Positions 12,666 to 25,212 of a DNA stretch of 64,000 nucleotides are shown in pieces; the first letter of the stretch is position 1; the number at the start of each line of letters is the position of its first letter. The position numbers and the translations under genes were made by a program. The notes below the pieces were generated by a model, which did not search any database, was not told where the DNA came from, and worked only from the letters and a program-made list of their open reading frames with translations. This DNA is from Rhynchopus sp. YZ270_cl-10 (Eukaryota). Location of the stretch: the NCBI GenBank assembly GCA_964035575.1, contig OZ037841.1, positions 1,302,001 through 1,366,000 of the forward strand. Direction: 5' to 3'.

Positions 12666-13295
12666 AAGACTGATATCGGGTGACAGATGTGCACCCCCCT
12701 TAAAATCACAGAGCAACAGTCCCAGAGACGAGCGTGCACTGTCAAAAAATTCCCCCTTTTTTTTTGAAAAGAAATATCTTCATTCGTTTTTTTTGACCGT
12801 GAGGATTCAGATCCCAACTAATTTCTCTAAAAAAAAAGCTTGTCTCTTCGAACCATACACACCACACTGAAGCATCGTTCGCAGTATTCGAGAGGCTAAG
12901 TTCTATTCCAATGTTGTATCTCGCTAGCAGCAACCTGCACCGTCTAATAACGTACAGGTCATAAATTGGACAAGAAGAGAGAGAAATTCCTGGCTGCAGC
13001 ATGATTTGCAGTAAGAACAACAAACATCGGTGGGGTAAAAACCATTCCAAAAGACACCTTAGTTTTTACTCTGGTGGTTTTACCCTATGTTTTTACCCAC
13101 CGGTGTTGTCTTACTGTATTTTTTTAAAAAAAGTATGTGAAAACCTTCGATATCTTTTTATTTCCAGAAAGAGTGATGTGTGTGTGTGTGTGTGCCTATC
13201 AGATGCATACGCATGTGGTTTTCTCTGTTCATTAGTGTGCCTTATTGTACCTGCTATTCAGTAGAATAGATAGTATATGAAATAAATCTGTTCTT

Positions 13296-13440
13296 ATGGG
13301 GAGATCCGGGTGCCGTCAACAACACTATTTACAAAAAAAAATCAAAAAGAATCACATCCGCTTTTTTGTGTTGTTTTGTGATTTTTTTTTTTTGTGATTT
13401 TTTGTGAATAGTGTTGTTGGGGGCACCCGGATCTCCCCAT
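13296..13440. mobile_element. Small foldback/MITE
   Basis: ATGGGGAGATCCGGGTGCCGTCAACAACACTATT / AATAGTGTTGTTGGGGGCACCCGGATCTCCCCAT; TSD unclear. Confidence 0.75.
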
Positions 13441-15741
13441 CTTATTTGTTTGTCTCTACTCTCCGAATCGACTCTTCATGGTTCTACAAAAAAAAAACAA
13501 AATGCCGTGGCTCGGGGCAAGCCAAAAACTCTTGTCGTATCCTTCCAAAGAGGAACCCTTTTGCCGCGTTGTGCATTATTTTTTTTAAAAAAAATTGTCA
13601 ACACGCCGTCGACCCGGATGAGTCCAGTGTGCCGTTTATTCTTGTATTATTTTTCCAAAATCCTTTTTTTGCTTTTTTGCCTTTTTTTTTTCCCCAGTGC
13701 GCCCGCCGAAGTCCGGTGCGGTGTTTTGCACAGCTCTTTGTGATATGTTTGTATCATTAACAGGCGGGGGGGGAAAACTACCTTTTTTTTTTTCTCCTTG
13801 CTCTTTGTTCTGCCATTGGGCATTTTGGCTCTCCCCCTTTTTTTTTTGCTTTTGTTGGCTTTATAAATAAAATTCAAAAGGCATTTTAAACGCCTTTTGA
13901 GGGACAGTTCTCACAGAAAGGCCGATTGCCCGGTCCCATCGAGGTCGATTTGTAGCTTACAAAAAATGAAAATAAAATAGCGCGCACACCCCGAGTGTTG
14001 AAAACGAAGAAAAAAAAAATTCTCCTTGCCGTTTTCTATGTGATAGACAAGAAACCAAACAACGAAAAATGTATTTCAAAAAGAAAAACATCCCAAAAGG
14101 ACTCTATCTTTTTTGTGCTGATGGGAATTTTTCTTGCTCCTGCGAGATTTTTTAATAAAAAATGTAACTGCCTCCATCTGCACTGTTTTTGAGTCTTTAA
14201 AACAAAGCGAAAGCGAAGCGTTGAAGCTGGCAATATCACCAAACAATTGTATGAAACAAAAAAACAAAACACATATTTTTTTTTGTGACGAGTCCTGTGT
14301 TCTGAGTTCCCCAAAAAAGAGTGGTGTATCACAACGTGCGAACCTATTTGTATTTCCTTCATCTCCTTTTCAAGATGTGTGCGAGAGGCATGTTCATCTT
14401 TTCAACTGTTATTTGAACTAGGTGATTACGCAGGACATCTTCTTTACCCATGACCCATGCTTTTTCTTTTTATTTGTTTGAGGTGAACCAGCGCACACTT
14501 TTTTGAGACCGTGAAAGTGAGTAAAAAAAAATAAGAAAAAAGTGTGCGCTTTTTTTCTCTTCTTTTTGCAACCTGAGAGAACCTCCTCTTTGTTGCTTGT
14601 TTCCTTTTGCATCGAAACAGTTGTGTTACGTACGAAACTACATGCCGTACCCATATAACGATAAACTCAGTCGAAAAAAATCAAAAAATGTGCAAACGGC
14701 TGTCGAAAGACGTTCAATCTAACGGAAAAGAAAAACACGATAGTTATTATTTTTTGCGTCAATTTTTTTCTTTTTTATGATTTTCTTTTTGGCTTTTTGA
14801 TACTGAGAAAATATATGGGCGGATCTCCTTGTCTACGCATATCACATTCGTGCCTTTTAACGGAAACTACTAAACTACGTAACTACCATCTCCTATTTTT
14901 GATAGATATATTTGTTGTTGTTGTTGTTGTTGTTGTTTTTTATTCAAGGGTACTTCTTTAGCACCCTCTGTACCTTCTTTTCATTAGAAAAAGACTGTAT
15001 ATGAAACAATTTTTTTAGATATTGTGTGCCCGAGAGAGGCGTACATCCTTCAAATTTCCATCCTTTTTTTTAAACAAAGTGACGTACTGCGTTGGGTTCA
15101 TTTTTTCACAAACTTTTCATCCTAAGGTTTCCTAAAGATCTTTGTGCAGGAGAGGCTCATTTATCGTTCCACTTTTTCTCTTTGTGTCGTATAATGTACT
15201 TGCACAAAAAAAAAGGGGCGGAACCTTGTGTTTTTGGATATGGTGATTCTTATCGAATTTTTCTGCTTTTGTTTTTGTTTTTGTTTTTATATTATTCGTC
15301 TCTCTCTCTCTTTCTTTTCAACTTCCCCTGTTTTCTTCCATTCTTTTGCCAGCGATTTTCTCTGGCAATTAAAAAAATGCGTTTAGCACTGTTAACCAGA
15401 CCGTCACTGACACCCCGTTTTTGGTGCAAGGTTACGCAGACGAGAAACTTAGGATCATCGTTTAAACTTTTCTAATATGCCCACACGTGGACATGAGGCA
15501 TATCTGTCAAATTTCTCTGTTCTTCGTTTTTGGTTACAGTGTTATCCGCTTTCCTCAAAATTTTCCTCCCTCTCTCCCCCCCCCTTTTTGCGTTTCCATT
15601 TTCTGTTTGAGAACAGGGTATCCCTTGTGATCCCTGATATTTCTGAAGATATTTCAGTTTTAAAAGATAACCCCTTTCCAGTGTCTGTATTCCTCTGTTT
15701 ATCTAAAGCGCGGACGTTTTTTTTTTTTTTTTAAAGGTGGC

Positions 15742-16556
15742 CAGGCCTTTTGCTAACCATCATGCCATCATGCCACGTTTTTGGGCGTTTTTTATTTTTT
15801 TTTCCATCATGCCACCATCATGCCACGGGGGGTGGTGAGGCAGGGCTTTCGCTCTCCATCACCTGGGGATTTCCCCCCAGATGGCATGATGGCATGATGG
15901 CATGATGGCATGATGGCATGATGGCATGATGGCATGATGGCATGATGGCATGATGGCATGATGGCATGATGGCATGATGGCATGATGGCATGATGGCATG
16001 ATGGCATGATGGCATGATGGCATGATGGCATGATGGCATGATGGCATGATGGCATGATGGCATGATGGCATGATGGCATGATGGCATGATGGCATGATGG
16101 CACCTTAAAATTTTTCTGCTCACTACGCTCGCGGAGGTATACCTCAAAAAAAAATTCCCGCTCGCTTCGCTCGCGCTGTACGCTATTTTCTTCCTGCCTA
16201 CGGTGCCATTTTACAATGTCAAAGGGGATTCCCTTGCATTTTTCAGCCAGAAATGAAACTTGACCCAACCGTTGCAACAGCCCCTGCTTCTGGAAGACGT
16301 ATTGATTTTGTACGGTTAGTGTACGTAAGGCGCAAGACCAAGGACCGTTAATAAAGGATTAGATTCCGTTTTTGTTATCTCGCAAAACTGACCCTTCGCC
16401 TCTCCACCCTGTGGCTGGCAGGGAGGCGCGCGCGAAGCGCGCGACGACCGCTTTTACCAGGTGGGAAAGCTCGGAATGTACTTTTTTTCCAGGAAATTAT
16501 TTTTTTTGACCATCATGCCATTCAGGGGGAAAATCCCAAAGTTAGCAAAAGGCCTG
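15742..16556. mobile_element. Non-autonomous TIR element with 9-bp TSD
   Basis: Perfect 16-bp TIR CAGGCCTTTTGCTAAC / GTTAGCAAAAGGCCTG; AAAGGTGGC at 15733-15741 and 16557-16565. Confidence 0.92.
15881..16101. repeat. Octamer array (ATGGCATG)n, about 27 units
   Basis: Read directly; the reverse-complement motif CCATCATGCCA recurs near both ends of the host element. Confidence 0.98.
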
Positions 16557-16819
16557 AAAGGTGGCTAAGAGTGAGGCTCCGGGGTCATCTGATAATTTTT
16601 TGTTCATTTTATTTACAGCCCCGAGAGGCTGCAGCCATCGAGCAAATGGTTATCGACCCTGAGCCTACGTCCAACAACTCTGTCGAGCAGATGGTGCTGG
16701 ACGAAGAGGAGTCTGAAGACGACAGCCCCCTTCTTGAGCGTTTCAGGGGCGGGCACCCCAGTGGTTCTGGCAGCGTACGAAGAGGGAAGAGCGTTTTCGA
16801 AATACCTGCAGAGCAGGGT

Positions 16820-16890
16820 ACTGGGCGTGTTGCAGATTATTTCTACAGGGTGGAGTTCCAGGAGCGTGGGTACCCCCATATCCACAACAC
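16820..16890 (+). pseudogene. Helitron Rep (HUH motif 2) remnant
   Basis: GRVADYFYRVEFQERGYPHIH matches the Helitron E-F-Q-x-R-G-x-P-H-x-H signature; no other Rep or helicase motifs nearby. Confidence 0.7.
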
Positions 16891-19800
16891 ATCCCGTATT
16901 TTTTTTTTTGATGGCAATTACTTGTTTTGTATTTCCGTTGTTTTGCCAGAAGCATTCCTTCGTGGAGATGGTGTATCCACTCCCACATCGTATCTGATGG
17001 GCAAGGTGCGTCTGTGTCGGTAAAAATATTAAAACAAAAATAACCCCCCCTTTTTTTTTGCTCGCTTTCCCCATTTTTCTTCCCCCTTTTCTCCCCCAAA
17101 CCGGGAAAAAAAGTTACAAACCCCCCTCTTTCCCCAGATTACTCCGTTTTTTGGTTTAACCGTGCCATTACCCATTTCTCAAAAAACCCCCCTCCCTCCC
17201 TCCCTCCCTTCTCCATTGCGATGGCAGCAATATAGGAAAAAACCAAAGGGAAGGCTCGCTTTTCCAAAAAGTTAAATAAAATGAAGTGTACACTACACTG
17301 ATTTCCCAGCACATTTTTTCGGAAATGTGTTTTTTTTTTTTCCTTTTCTTTTCTGCAATATTTACTGTCTGATGATTTCTGTTCACTTGATTAGAAAGTG
17401 TCCGGAATTATGCTACTATTTTCCCCGTGTGTGTGAATGCAAACTTAGGTGCGCGCCCCTCCCCAAGCATAACGGCTTTCGATAACCCAGGGGTTTCGGT
17501 CTTATTAAAATTAGTTGTCAAGCAAAGGAAACTAAGTGAGAAATCATAATCGAGCTCATAACTCAATAGCAAAATCATAGGGGCACAACAGTAAGAGGCT
17601 ACGGTGCGTCGTTGTTGCCATCTTCTCTCTCTTTGCTGTGGGTGCTGGTGTATGCAGTTGTTATTGTTCATAAATAAACCGATTCTCCCTTTGTTTCAAT
17701 GCAGGTTCGCAAGCCGTTGTGGTTGGAGTGGATGCTGTGTTAGAGAAGAAAAAAATTAGTTATGGTCAATGCGACAAATATTGCTTTGTGTGTTTGTGTG
17801 TTGAAATCAGGTGTGGGTATTTTCAAAGAGCAGAACGTTTCCCAGAAAGCCTGTTCGTGTGTGTGTTTTGGGTAATTCCGAAGTACGGAGTTTTTGCCCC
17901 CCCCCAAAAAAAAAAAAAACAGTGGAGATTGCACAACGTGTGGCAACACAACCGAGGCAACTACACTACTCCAACAATTTATCAAAAAAAGCAAAATGTG
18001 TGTGTAAAAATGTGTGCACCTCGTTCCTGCCTGAGGCCGATCGTTTTTGTTTCTTTGGAAAAATAAAAGTTGAGAAGAAATAAAATACCCAACCACTACA
18101 ACAACGTGCAGTTCACCCACCTGGGTTTTTTTTCATAAATAGATCCGTGTATGTGTGTGTGCCCCCGTGAGTCGGATTTATCTTGTCTGTCTATTTATTT
18201 TCTCTCTTTTTTTTGCATCTTCCAACTTCTTCCCCCCCTAATCTTACTCAAATATCCCACCTAGAAAAGCTAGGAAAATCCCCTCGATTTGCGGTATAAA
18301 TGTCACTTCACACCGTAATCATGCTTTTGTTTTTCTTTAGCGAGGCTTAGGTAATTTCAACAATTTTTCTATTTCCCCCCCTCTTAGGGCCCTCTTTGTT
18401 TTTCTATTTTATAACCCGCGGAGTGTCAGTGCCTGCGTCCCAGAGGCGTTTTGCACTATCAACTTCACTTAATTTTTCGCGTCAAACGTGCTAAAGGGAG
18501 GGCATTAGAGGTTCCCCTTTATGTTATAGTGTATTGTGTCGCCCTACCTGCTTTGTTGGTGAGGTTAGGAAAATGAGTGTCAACGAACAGTTCTGTGGGT
18601 GTCGTCGTACAGCGTTTTGCGGGTGTTTTTTTTCTCTTTTTCCTTTTTTTTATCAAACTTTCACTCTTTTTCCCGTATAATGTATGATGGAAATGGTCTT
18701 GTGTTAGGTACGTGCTTGTTATGATGTCTGACCTCTCGTCGTTAATCGTGAGGAATACTCTTTTATTCTTTGTTTGTAAAATAAAAAATAAAAATGCGGA
18801 ACACATCATAAAAGTTCATCCTGACAAAGACCTTTTTGCTTCACCCCCCCCACACCCTGATCTTGCTCTCTCTGCATGCCACCCAGTTGCAAAGCTTAAA
18901 GGTGTGTTTTTTTGAACGTATCCAGATCGTCATGCGGCTTGCAAGAAAAAATTTAAAAATATGACAGAAACTTGTCTGATTTTGACGTTATTTTTTGGTC
19001 GATAAAAGCAAACAGAACGTTGTAACGGTGTTTTATTCCTACGAAGCTTGCTTTAAAGGAGAAATAGTACCGGTTCGGTCGCAAAATCATTACTAAATAG
19101 CGCGTTATTGTGGTAATAATATTGAGTGGCATGTTCATACTAATTCCGCCCCCTTTCAAAGCAGTGGCAGGTCTCAAACAAATTTCTGTTAATCCCCCAG
19201 AAGAAGAAGGGGGAAAAAAAAAAACGTTGGCAAGAAGCCAGTCTTAACCAGTGGCGATACAAGCGCAGTACATATTCAAGCGAAGTGTGTGCTGACCTTC
19301 CCCCTCATCTGTTGTCGTAGGCAAAAAAAATGCTACTCCTTTTTTTAATGTCTTCTCTCCCCACCTTTTTTTGTGTGTTTTTTGTGTGTCTTCGCATACG
19401 ACTTCGATTCTTACAACGATGGTGAAGTAGATGACTTGATTTGTAGTTTACTTGTGGTTTTCACCGTTGCAAGCAAACGGTGAAACCACAAGTAAAACCA
19501 CAACTCAAGTTATTTACTTTACCGTCGTGCATTGGTTCTGTGATACCCCCTCCCAGAGGGCACGTCACCTCCCCTTTGAATCGAACCAAAATGCGCTTTA
19601 TTCTCGTGCCCTTCAGACCTGGTGTGTGCCTTTTGTTTTTGAAGATGTCTAAGTACTGTGAGGTTTATGTGCATCTTACAAAATCGCTTTTTTATTTTTG
19701 CTCAGCGCGATTGAAAACTGGAAACCTCCAGACTCAACAAAATGATGCAAAAAAATGTTTTTTTCTTTTCCCTCCCCATTTTTTTCACGATTATAAATAC

Positions 19801-21015
19801 ATATCTCATCAACTGCCTCTCTCGAAACAATTGTTTTTTTTTTTTCTTCCAAATTGTGTATGCACTGTGAAGCATATTTCAACTTTTCTTTTCCCCCTTT
19901 CACAGATGACGTGAGGAATAGTATTTAGTACCATCTTAGCTTTATATTTTCCCCCCAAGGCATCACCAAGACACTCCGTACTTCCGGTGCTGTCTTCAAT
20001 GACCCGAGAGCATCTGTATATTTAAAAAAAAACGAATTTAAAATAATAAAAAAACGTTATTTATTGACCCTCCTTCCTCCTCTCCTTCTCTCTGCACAGT
20101 TTTTTTTTTTGGTGGTAGCTGGGATGAGGAAGGCAGCAGCATCTTTTTTTTGTGTGCTTTTTTCGCCTCCCCTTTGACCAGTTCAAAAAAAGCTGGTGGT
20201 TTGGTGCTGTGGGCAAACACGGCGCCCGATTTTTTTTTTTTTTTTTTTTTGCTTTTTTTGTTGCCACCCAACCGGGTAGCACAGAGAGAGGGGGAGGCTG
20301 GTCAATCAGGTGTAGGGCATAAGAGGAGGATCACTGTCTCCCAGAAGCAGCATCGGGGGGGTGCTGGAGACCAAGCGTTTTTTTTTTCAAAGTGGAAGGG
20401 TCTGGGAAGATAAATACAATTTTCGGCAACTATCAAAAATTCTGTTTCCCCCCCTTTGGCGTGGCGACTTTTTGTGTACAGAAAATCCGTCCCTCCGACA
20501 GGTTGATTGTCGATACTACAAATAGTGGAGCTCATCCTCGGGTACAATAAGACAACCAAAAGTTTTCAAAAAAAAAAAAAAAAAAAAACGTAGCACAAAG
20601 GCCCACCCTACCCTCTAGTATCAACGCTTCCCCACTCCCCCTCCCCCCCCGCTCTGCTGGGAAAAAGCAGAGGAAAAAACGAGGGGCATTCACATCAACA
20701 ATAAGAAAGTAATTTCTCCCCCTCTCCTTCTTACTGTCCCCTCAAAATGCAACAGCAGTTTTTATTTTTTGGGGTGCAATATATTATACAAGGAAAGTTT
20801 CTGTCATGAAGATACGTATCCCTCACCAGTTCTTTTTACCTTGGATGCTTCAATGCAATACGAAACTTTGAGACAAAGAGGCACAACTTTTGCTCCCCCC
20901 GCCATCCTAGGGGTTTTTGCATCGTTGCACACTTCCTGGTACTCAAATATTCCTCTCCCCTCTCCCCTCTCTGAAAAACTCCAAACAGGAAAAAAAAGGC
21001 GGATTCTTCAGAATA

Positions 21016-23277
21016 ATGTTCCGATGGGCGGGCATTTCTAGTGTAATGCTGCTTGCGTTCACTGAAGTGCACTGTGGAACCCCTGAGGTGCAGCCGTGGT
21101 TCGACTGGACACTGCCTCGTGCAGAGCGCGTTGCAAAGCTTCTCGCAGCGATGACTACCGAAGAGAAGATAGCGCAGATGGTTGTTGACGCACCCGAAAT
21201 CCCACGCCTCGGGGTAAAGGCATACCACTGGAGAAACAACGTCCAGCACGGCCTTGTGGACAACGGGGTGTCGACACAGTTTGTGCAAACCATTGGTATG
21301 GCCGCAACGTGGAGTGCTGCTGACATCTACGCTGCAGGGCGGGTTACTTCTGTGGAGGCCAGGGCGAAGCACAACATTGCCTTGAAAGAAAACGACGGCA
21401 ACAGCGTGATGGACTATGGTCTCGACCTTTGGGGCCCAGTGGGGAACCTCTTCAGAGATCCTCGGTGGGGGCGTGGACAGGAGACCTATGGGGAAGACCC
21501 GTACCTGGCGGCGGTGCTGACACAGAACTACGTCGATTCGCTGCAAACGGGGGAGCAGGCGGACATCTACCAGACCCTCGCAACGTGCAAAGCGTTCGTA
21601 GCGTATTCGGTGGATAACATGCCGCCACGTCTCTCCTTCGACCCGAACATCACAGAAACCGATCTGAACCAATACTACTTCCCTGTCTGGGAGTCGTGCG
21701 CGCAGCGTGCCGCCTCCGTGATGTGTGCGTACAACGGAGTGAACGGGTATCCCATGTGCATGTCGCCGATGCTGAAGAAGGTTCTCCGTGACGGCCCAAC
21801 CTTCAACTTCACAAAGCCGGAACAATACATTGTGACGGACAGCGGGGCGTTGGACTTTATGGTGACGGAGTTCAAGATTTTCAACTCAACGGTGGACAGC
21901 GCTGCGGCAGGGCTGAATGCGGGTGTGGATTTGAACTCGGGTAATGTGTTTAAGAAGCTTACGACCGCTTTGGACCAGAAGATGGTCACCACGGAGCAGA
22001 TTGACACAGCAATGACACGCCTGCTGCATGCGAAGATGGCGGCAGGGATGTTCGACCCTGCCGACAGAGTTGCCTACTCTAAGTACGGCGCAGATGACAT
22101 CCACAACGAAGCGCACCTCTCCGTCGCGGAGGACCTTGCAGTGCGCTCCCAGGTGCTCCTCAAGAACGACAACAAGACGCTGCCGCTCTCTCCGAAGACC
22201 AAATCGATTGCGGTCATTGGGTGGGGCGCGAACGACACATACGCGCTTCTCGGGAACTACTATGGCTGCCACTTCGCGAGGGGCCCGGTTTTGGCAAACT
22301 GTTCGATTGTGACACCGCTTCACGGCATTCAGATGGCCTTCCCTGACGCGGAGGTGACCTTCACCCACGGGGTGGACGTCGAGAGCAATGACACCAGTGG
22401 CTTTGATGCTGCTGTGGCTGCCGCATCTGCTGCGGATGTCGTTGTCTTCGTCGGAGGCAACCGGAACTGCGAAGGTGGCCAGCGCCAGGGTGGTGCGCAC
22501 TGCGAGGGCGAAGGCCAGGACCGCCCCGACCTCCAAATGCCCGGCGAGCAAACCGCCCTCATCACCCGCCTGCGCTCTGCCACCAAAACCCTCATCCTTG
22601 CAATCCTCACCGGAGGCCCCATCGCTATGACCTACGAAGCACAACACGCCGACGCAATCATCGTCATGTGGTACGGCGGCATCAAGGGAGGCCAAGCCCT
22701 AGGAACCAACCTCGCGGGCATCACCCAACCCACCGGACGCCTCCCCATGACCTGGGTGACCGGCATCAGCCAGGTCCCCAACGAGCTTGACATGGCATTG
22801 GACACTGCCCCGGGAAGAACCTACCGCCATTTAGACCAAACCCCTCTCTACAGCTTTGGATACGGAATGAGTGGGTACACAGAGTTTTCGTACAGCAATG
22901 TAAAGTTGTCTGCGACCTCTGTGCCTGCAGGAAACCCGAAGGCGGAGGTAGAGGTGTGCGTCGCGGTGCAGAACGTTGGGTCTGTGGGGGCAGAGGAGGT
23001 GGTCCAGGTGTATGCACAGCCGCCGAAGTTTAACGCCAAAACCCCGAACCTTATGTTGGTCGCCTTTGTGCGCACTTCGCTCATCAGTGCCGGGGAAACG
23101 CGTACTGTGTGTCTCCCCGTCTCAATGAACGCCTTCCGTCTGATGAGCAAAGAGACCGCCCCTTTCACGCCAAATGCAGGAACCTATGTGCTCTCTGTCG
23201 GCGGAGCGCAGCCAGGCAAGCAAGGAACATTCGTCGGGGACTACGTTGCTCAGACACTCGACCTTACTCTTGTTTGA
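21016..23277 (+). CDS. Secreted GH3 glycoside hydrolase (beta-xylosidase-like) with C-terminal Fn3-like domain
   Basis: RDPRWGRGQETYGEDP, ASVMCAYNGVNG, nucleophile region IVTDSG, VLLKN, GRLP, FGYGMS. Signal-like MFRWAGISSVMLLAF from ATG 21016. Confidence 0.93.
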   Translation: MFRWAGISSVMLLAFTEVHCGTPEVQPWFDWTLPRAERVAKLLAAMTTEEKIAQMVVDAPEIPRLGVKAYHWRNNVQHGLVDNGVSTQFVQTIGMAATWSAADIYAAGRVTSVEARAKHNIALKENDGNSVMDYGLDLWGPVGNLFRDPRWGRGQETYGEDPYLAAVLTQNYVDSLQTGEQADIYQTLATCKAFVAYSVDNMPPRLSFDPNITETDLNQYYFPVWESCAQRAASVMCAYNGVNGYPMCMSPMLKKVLRDGPTFNFTKPEQYIVTDSGALDFMVTEFKIFNSTVDSAAAGLNAGVDLNSGNVFKKLTTALDQKMVTTEQIDTAMTRLLHAKMAAGMFDPADRVAYSKYGADDIHNEAHLSVAEDLAVRSQVLLKNDNKTLPLSPKTKSIAVIGWGANDTYALLGNYYGCHFARGPVLANCSIVTPLHGIQMAFPDAEVTFTHGVDVESNDTSGFDAAVAAASAADVVVFVGGNRNCEGGQRQGGAHCEGEGQDRPDLQMPGEQTALITRLRSATKTLILAILTGGPIAMTYEAQHADAIIVMWYGGIKGGQALGTNLAGITQPTGRLPMTWVTGISQVPNELDMALDTAPGRTYRHLDQTPLYSFGYGMSGYTEFSYSNVKLSATSVPAGNPKAEVEVCVAVQNVGSVGAEEVVQVYAQPPKFNAKTPNLMLVAFVRTSLISAGETRTVCLPVSMNAFRLMSKETAPFTPNAGTYVLSVGGAQPGKQGTFVGDYVAQTLDLTLV

Positions 23278-23833
23278 GGGGTTTTTTTCCCCACAACCTT
23301 CCACCCCCCTCTGTAGGGGTCACCCAGGGGTGAGGTAGGTATAGTATTGAAATCGATGTGTGGGGGAAGGGTTTTTACAAAATTTGGCCAAAAAAATGGG
23401 CCACCTATTGATTGCTCATTTGATGAAGTATGCGGGGACTCATCTATCCAACCCTTTGTTTGGATTTGGGCTAAAGATAAAAAAGAACAAAAATGTGAAG
23501 TATTAGTGTACAGTCCACATCGACTGTTGCGTAGGTGTAGGTGCGAGGGGGGTGTTGGCCTCTGTTGATCTCTATTGTTTTTGAGATTAGTGTTTGTCTG
23601 TGGCGTGTATTCGTGTATTCCATTTGTGCTACCTATTTAAAAACTCGTATTTCAAGAAAAAAAGCAATCCCATGTCGTTTCTTTTGTTGCCAGAAAAAAT
23701 AATATTCAGGTGATCCTTCTCTCTTTTTTACGCTCTCTCTTTGGGAAAAAAAACCGAGTTAGTTTCTAAACAGCGACACCAGGATTGTGAAGCAGGTCAA
23801 GATGACATCCCTAGCATAGGTGATGGCGGCAGT

Positions 23834-23934
23834 ATTGTGGTGGGAGCCCATTGGAATACGCAAAATACATCACAATACACGTGTATGGTGTATTTTGATG
23901 TGTTTTGCGTATTCCAATGGGCTCCCACCACAAT
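23834..23934. repeat. Near-perfect 101-bp palindrome (MITE-like)
   Basis: ATTGTGGTGGGAGCCCATTGGAATACGCAAAA..TTTTGCGTATTCCAATGGGCTCCCACCACAAT. Confidence 0.92.
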
Positions 23935-25212
23935 TAGCCATAGGGGTCGTCTTCGCGTTTTGTTTCCTTTCTCCCCCCCACCCCTTTCTGTTCAAGGCAA
24001 CCAGCGCTGATGCTCAGTCCTTGGATAGAAAGAGGTGAAGTGAGGCCCCCCTTTTTGGTGATTTAAACTTATGATCATCTTTCCAGTTTCCCTTTTTGTT
24101 AAGGTGACCTTCATGAGGAGCTTAGGTATATCTTATCAACTTTTCTTTTGTTTTCTCGCTCCTACTCTCGAAGGGTATGTTTCGGGTTTTAGTTGCTTTT
24201 GTGTGTCGAGAGGCACATCTAGCAAATTTCATTCTTAATTTTTGTGGGGAGGAAAAAGGGAAAACATACCATCAAACCTGCAGAGGTCAGGGGTATGAGC
24301 AAATGTCTCGTACCCCTTTTCCCTGTCGCTTTTGTTGTCAACGAATGTTCAGAGTAGAACCCAGTCAGACCCATGGAGTGTCTTGCAGCGATTCACTTTG
24401 ATCCTTCTTGTGTGCAAGAATAAAGTATCGAAGGAAATATTGAAATGGGGGGAAACATACAGTAATTTTGGAGAATTGCAGCGACAATGGTTACATTCCC
24501 GCGGAACAACCTTTCAAAAAATTGAACCTGTTGTCTATTGGCACCAGGTTTTACGTAGGTATATCACACAGTTATCCACCCGCGTTGTTCAGTTTCCCCC
24601 CTTTTTCCTTCCCATTATATTTCTTTACAGGTAACTGAGCGCGTCTTAGGATTATCTCACCACTCTTTTTCTTTTTCTTTTTCCAAAATTTCAAAAAAAA
24701 AAAAAAACCAACGCACGTGCTCAATACACCTGCGCACAAAAAAAGCAAAACAAAAATTCAAAAAAAAGCGCATCCCAGCCTTCGGGCGATATTTTAGCAC
24801 AGAACGATTGTCGATACAAAGACGAACCCCCACCCCCCTACTTTTTGCTTGAACACTATGTCATGCGTACCAAAATTGCGAACTTAGGCAGCGGAAGTGG
24901 AATTATCCCCGACAACGCCCTTCTGTAATCCTGCGCAGCTGATGAGATGACTATTGACGAGAGGATCAGATTCATCTAATACCTTTCTCCCCCTCCTCTT
25001 CATTGCTTCCCTTTCATACACACCCCCCCATATCCTCACATCACAAAACCCCACACACACACACACTCACAGAGTTTTTTTCGCCTATACCAAAAACCCT
25101 CCTTTCCGCCCCTTTTTTATTTACACAAACCGTTTGTTACCGTTTTTTTCTTCCCCCTTTTTTCCCCTTTCCTCACCCTCACCCTCTTTTTTCTCTCTCT
25201 TTTTCTAAATAA

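Noticed and set aside
20917..21015. Track starts at 20917, 30208 and 50761
   Set aside because: Non-ATG starts in low-complexity upstream DNA; the first ATGs (21016, 30343, 50845) give sensible N-termini.
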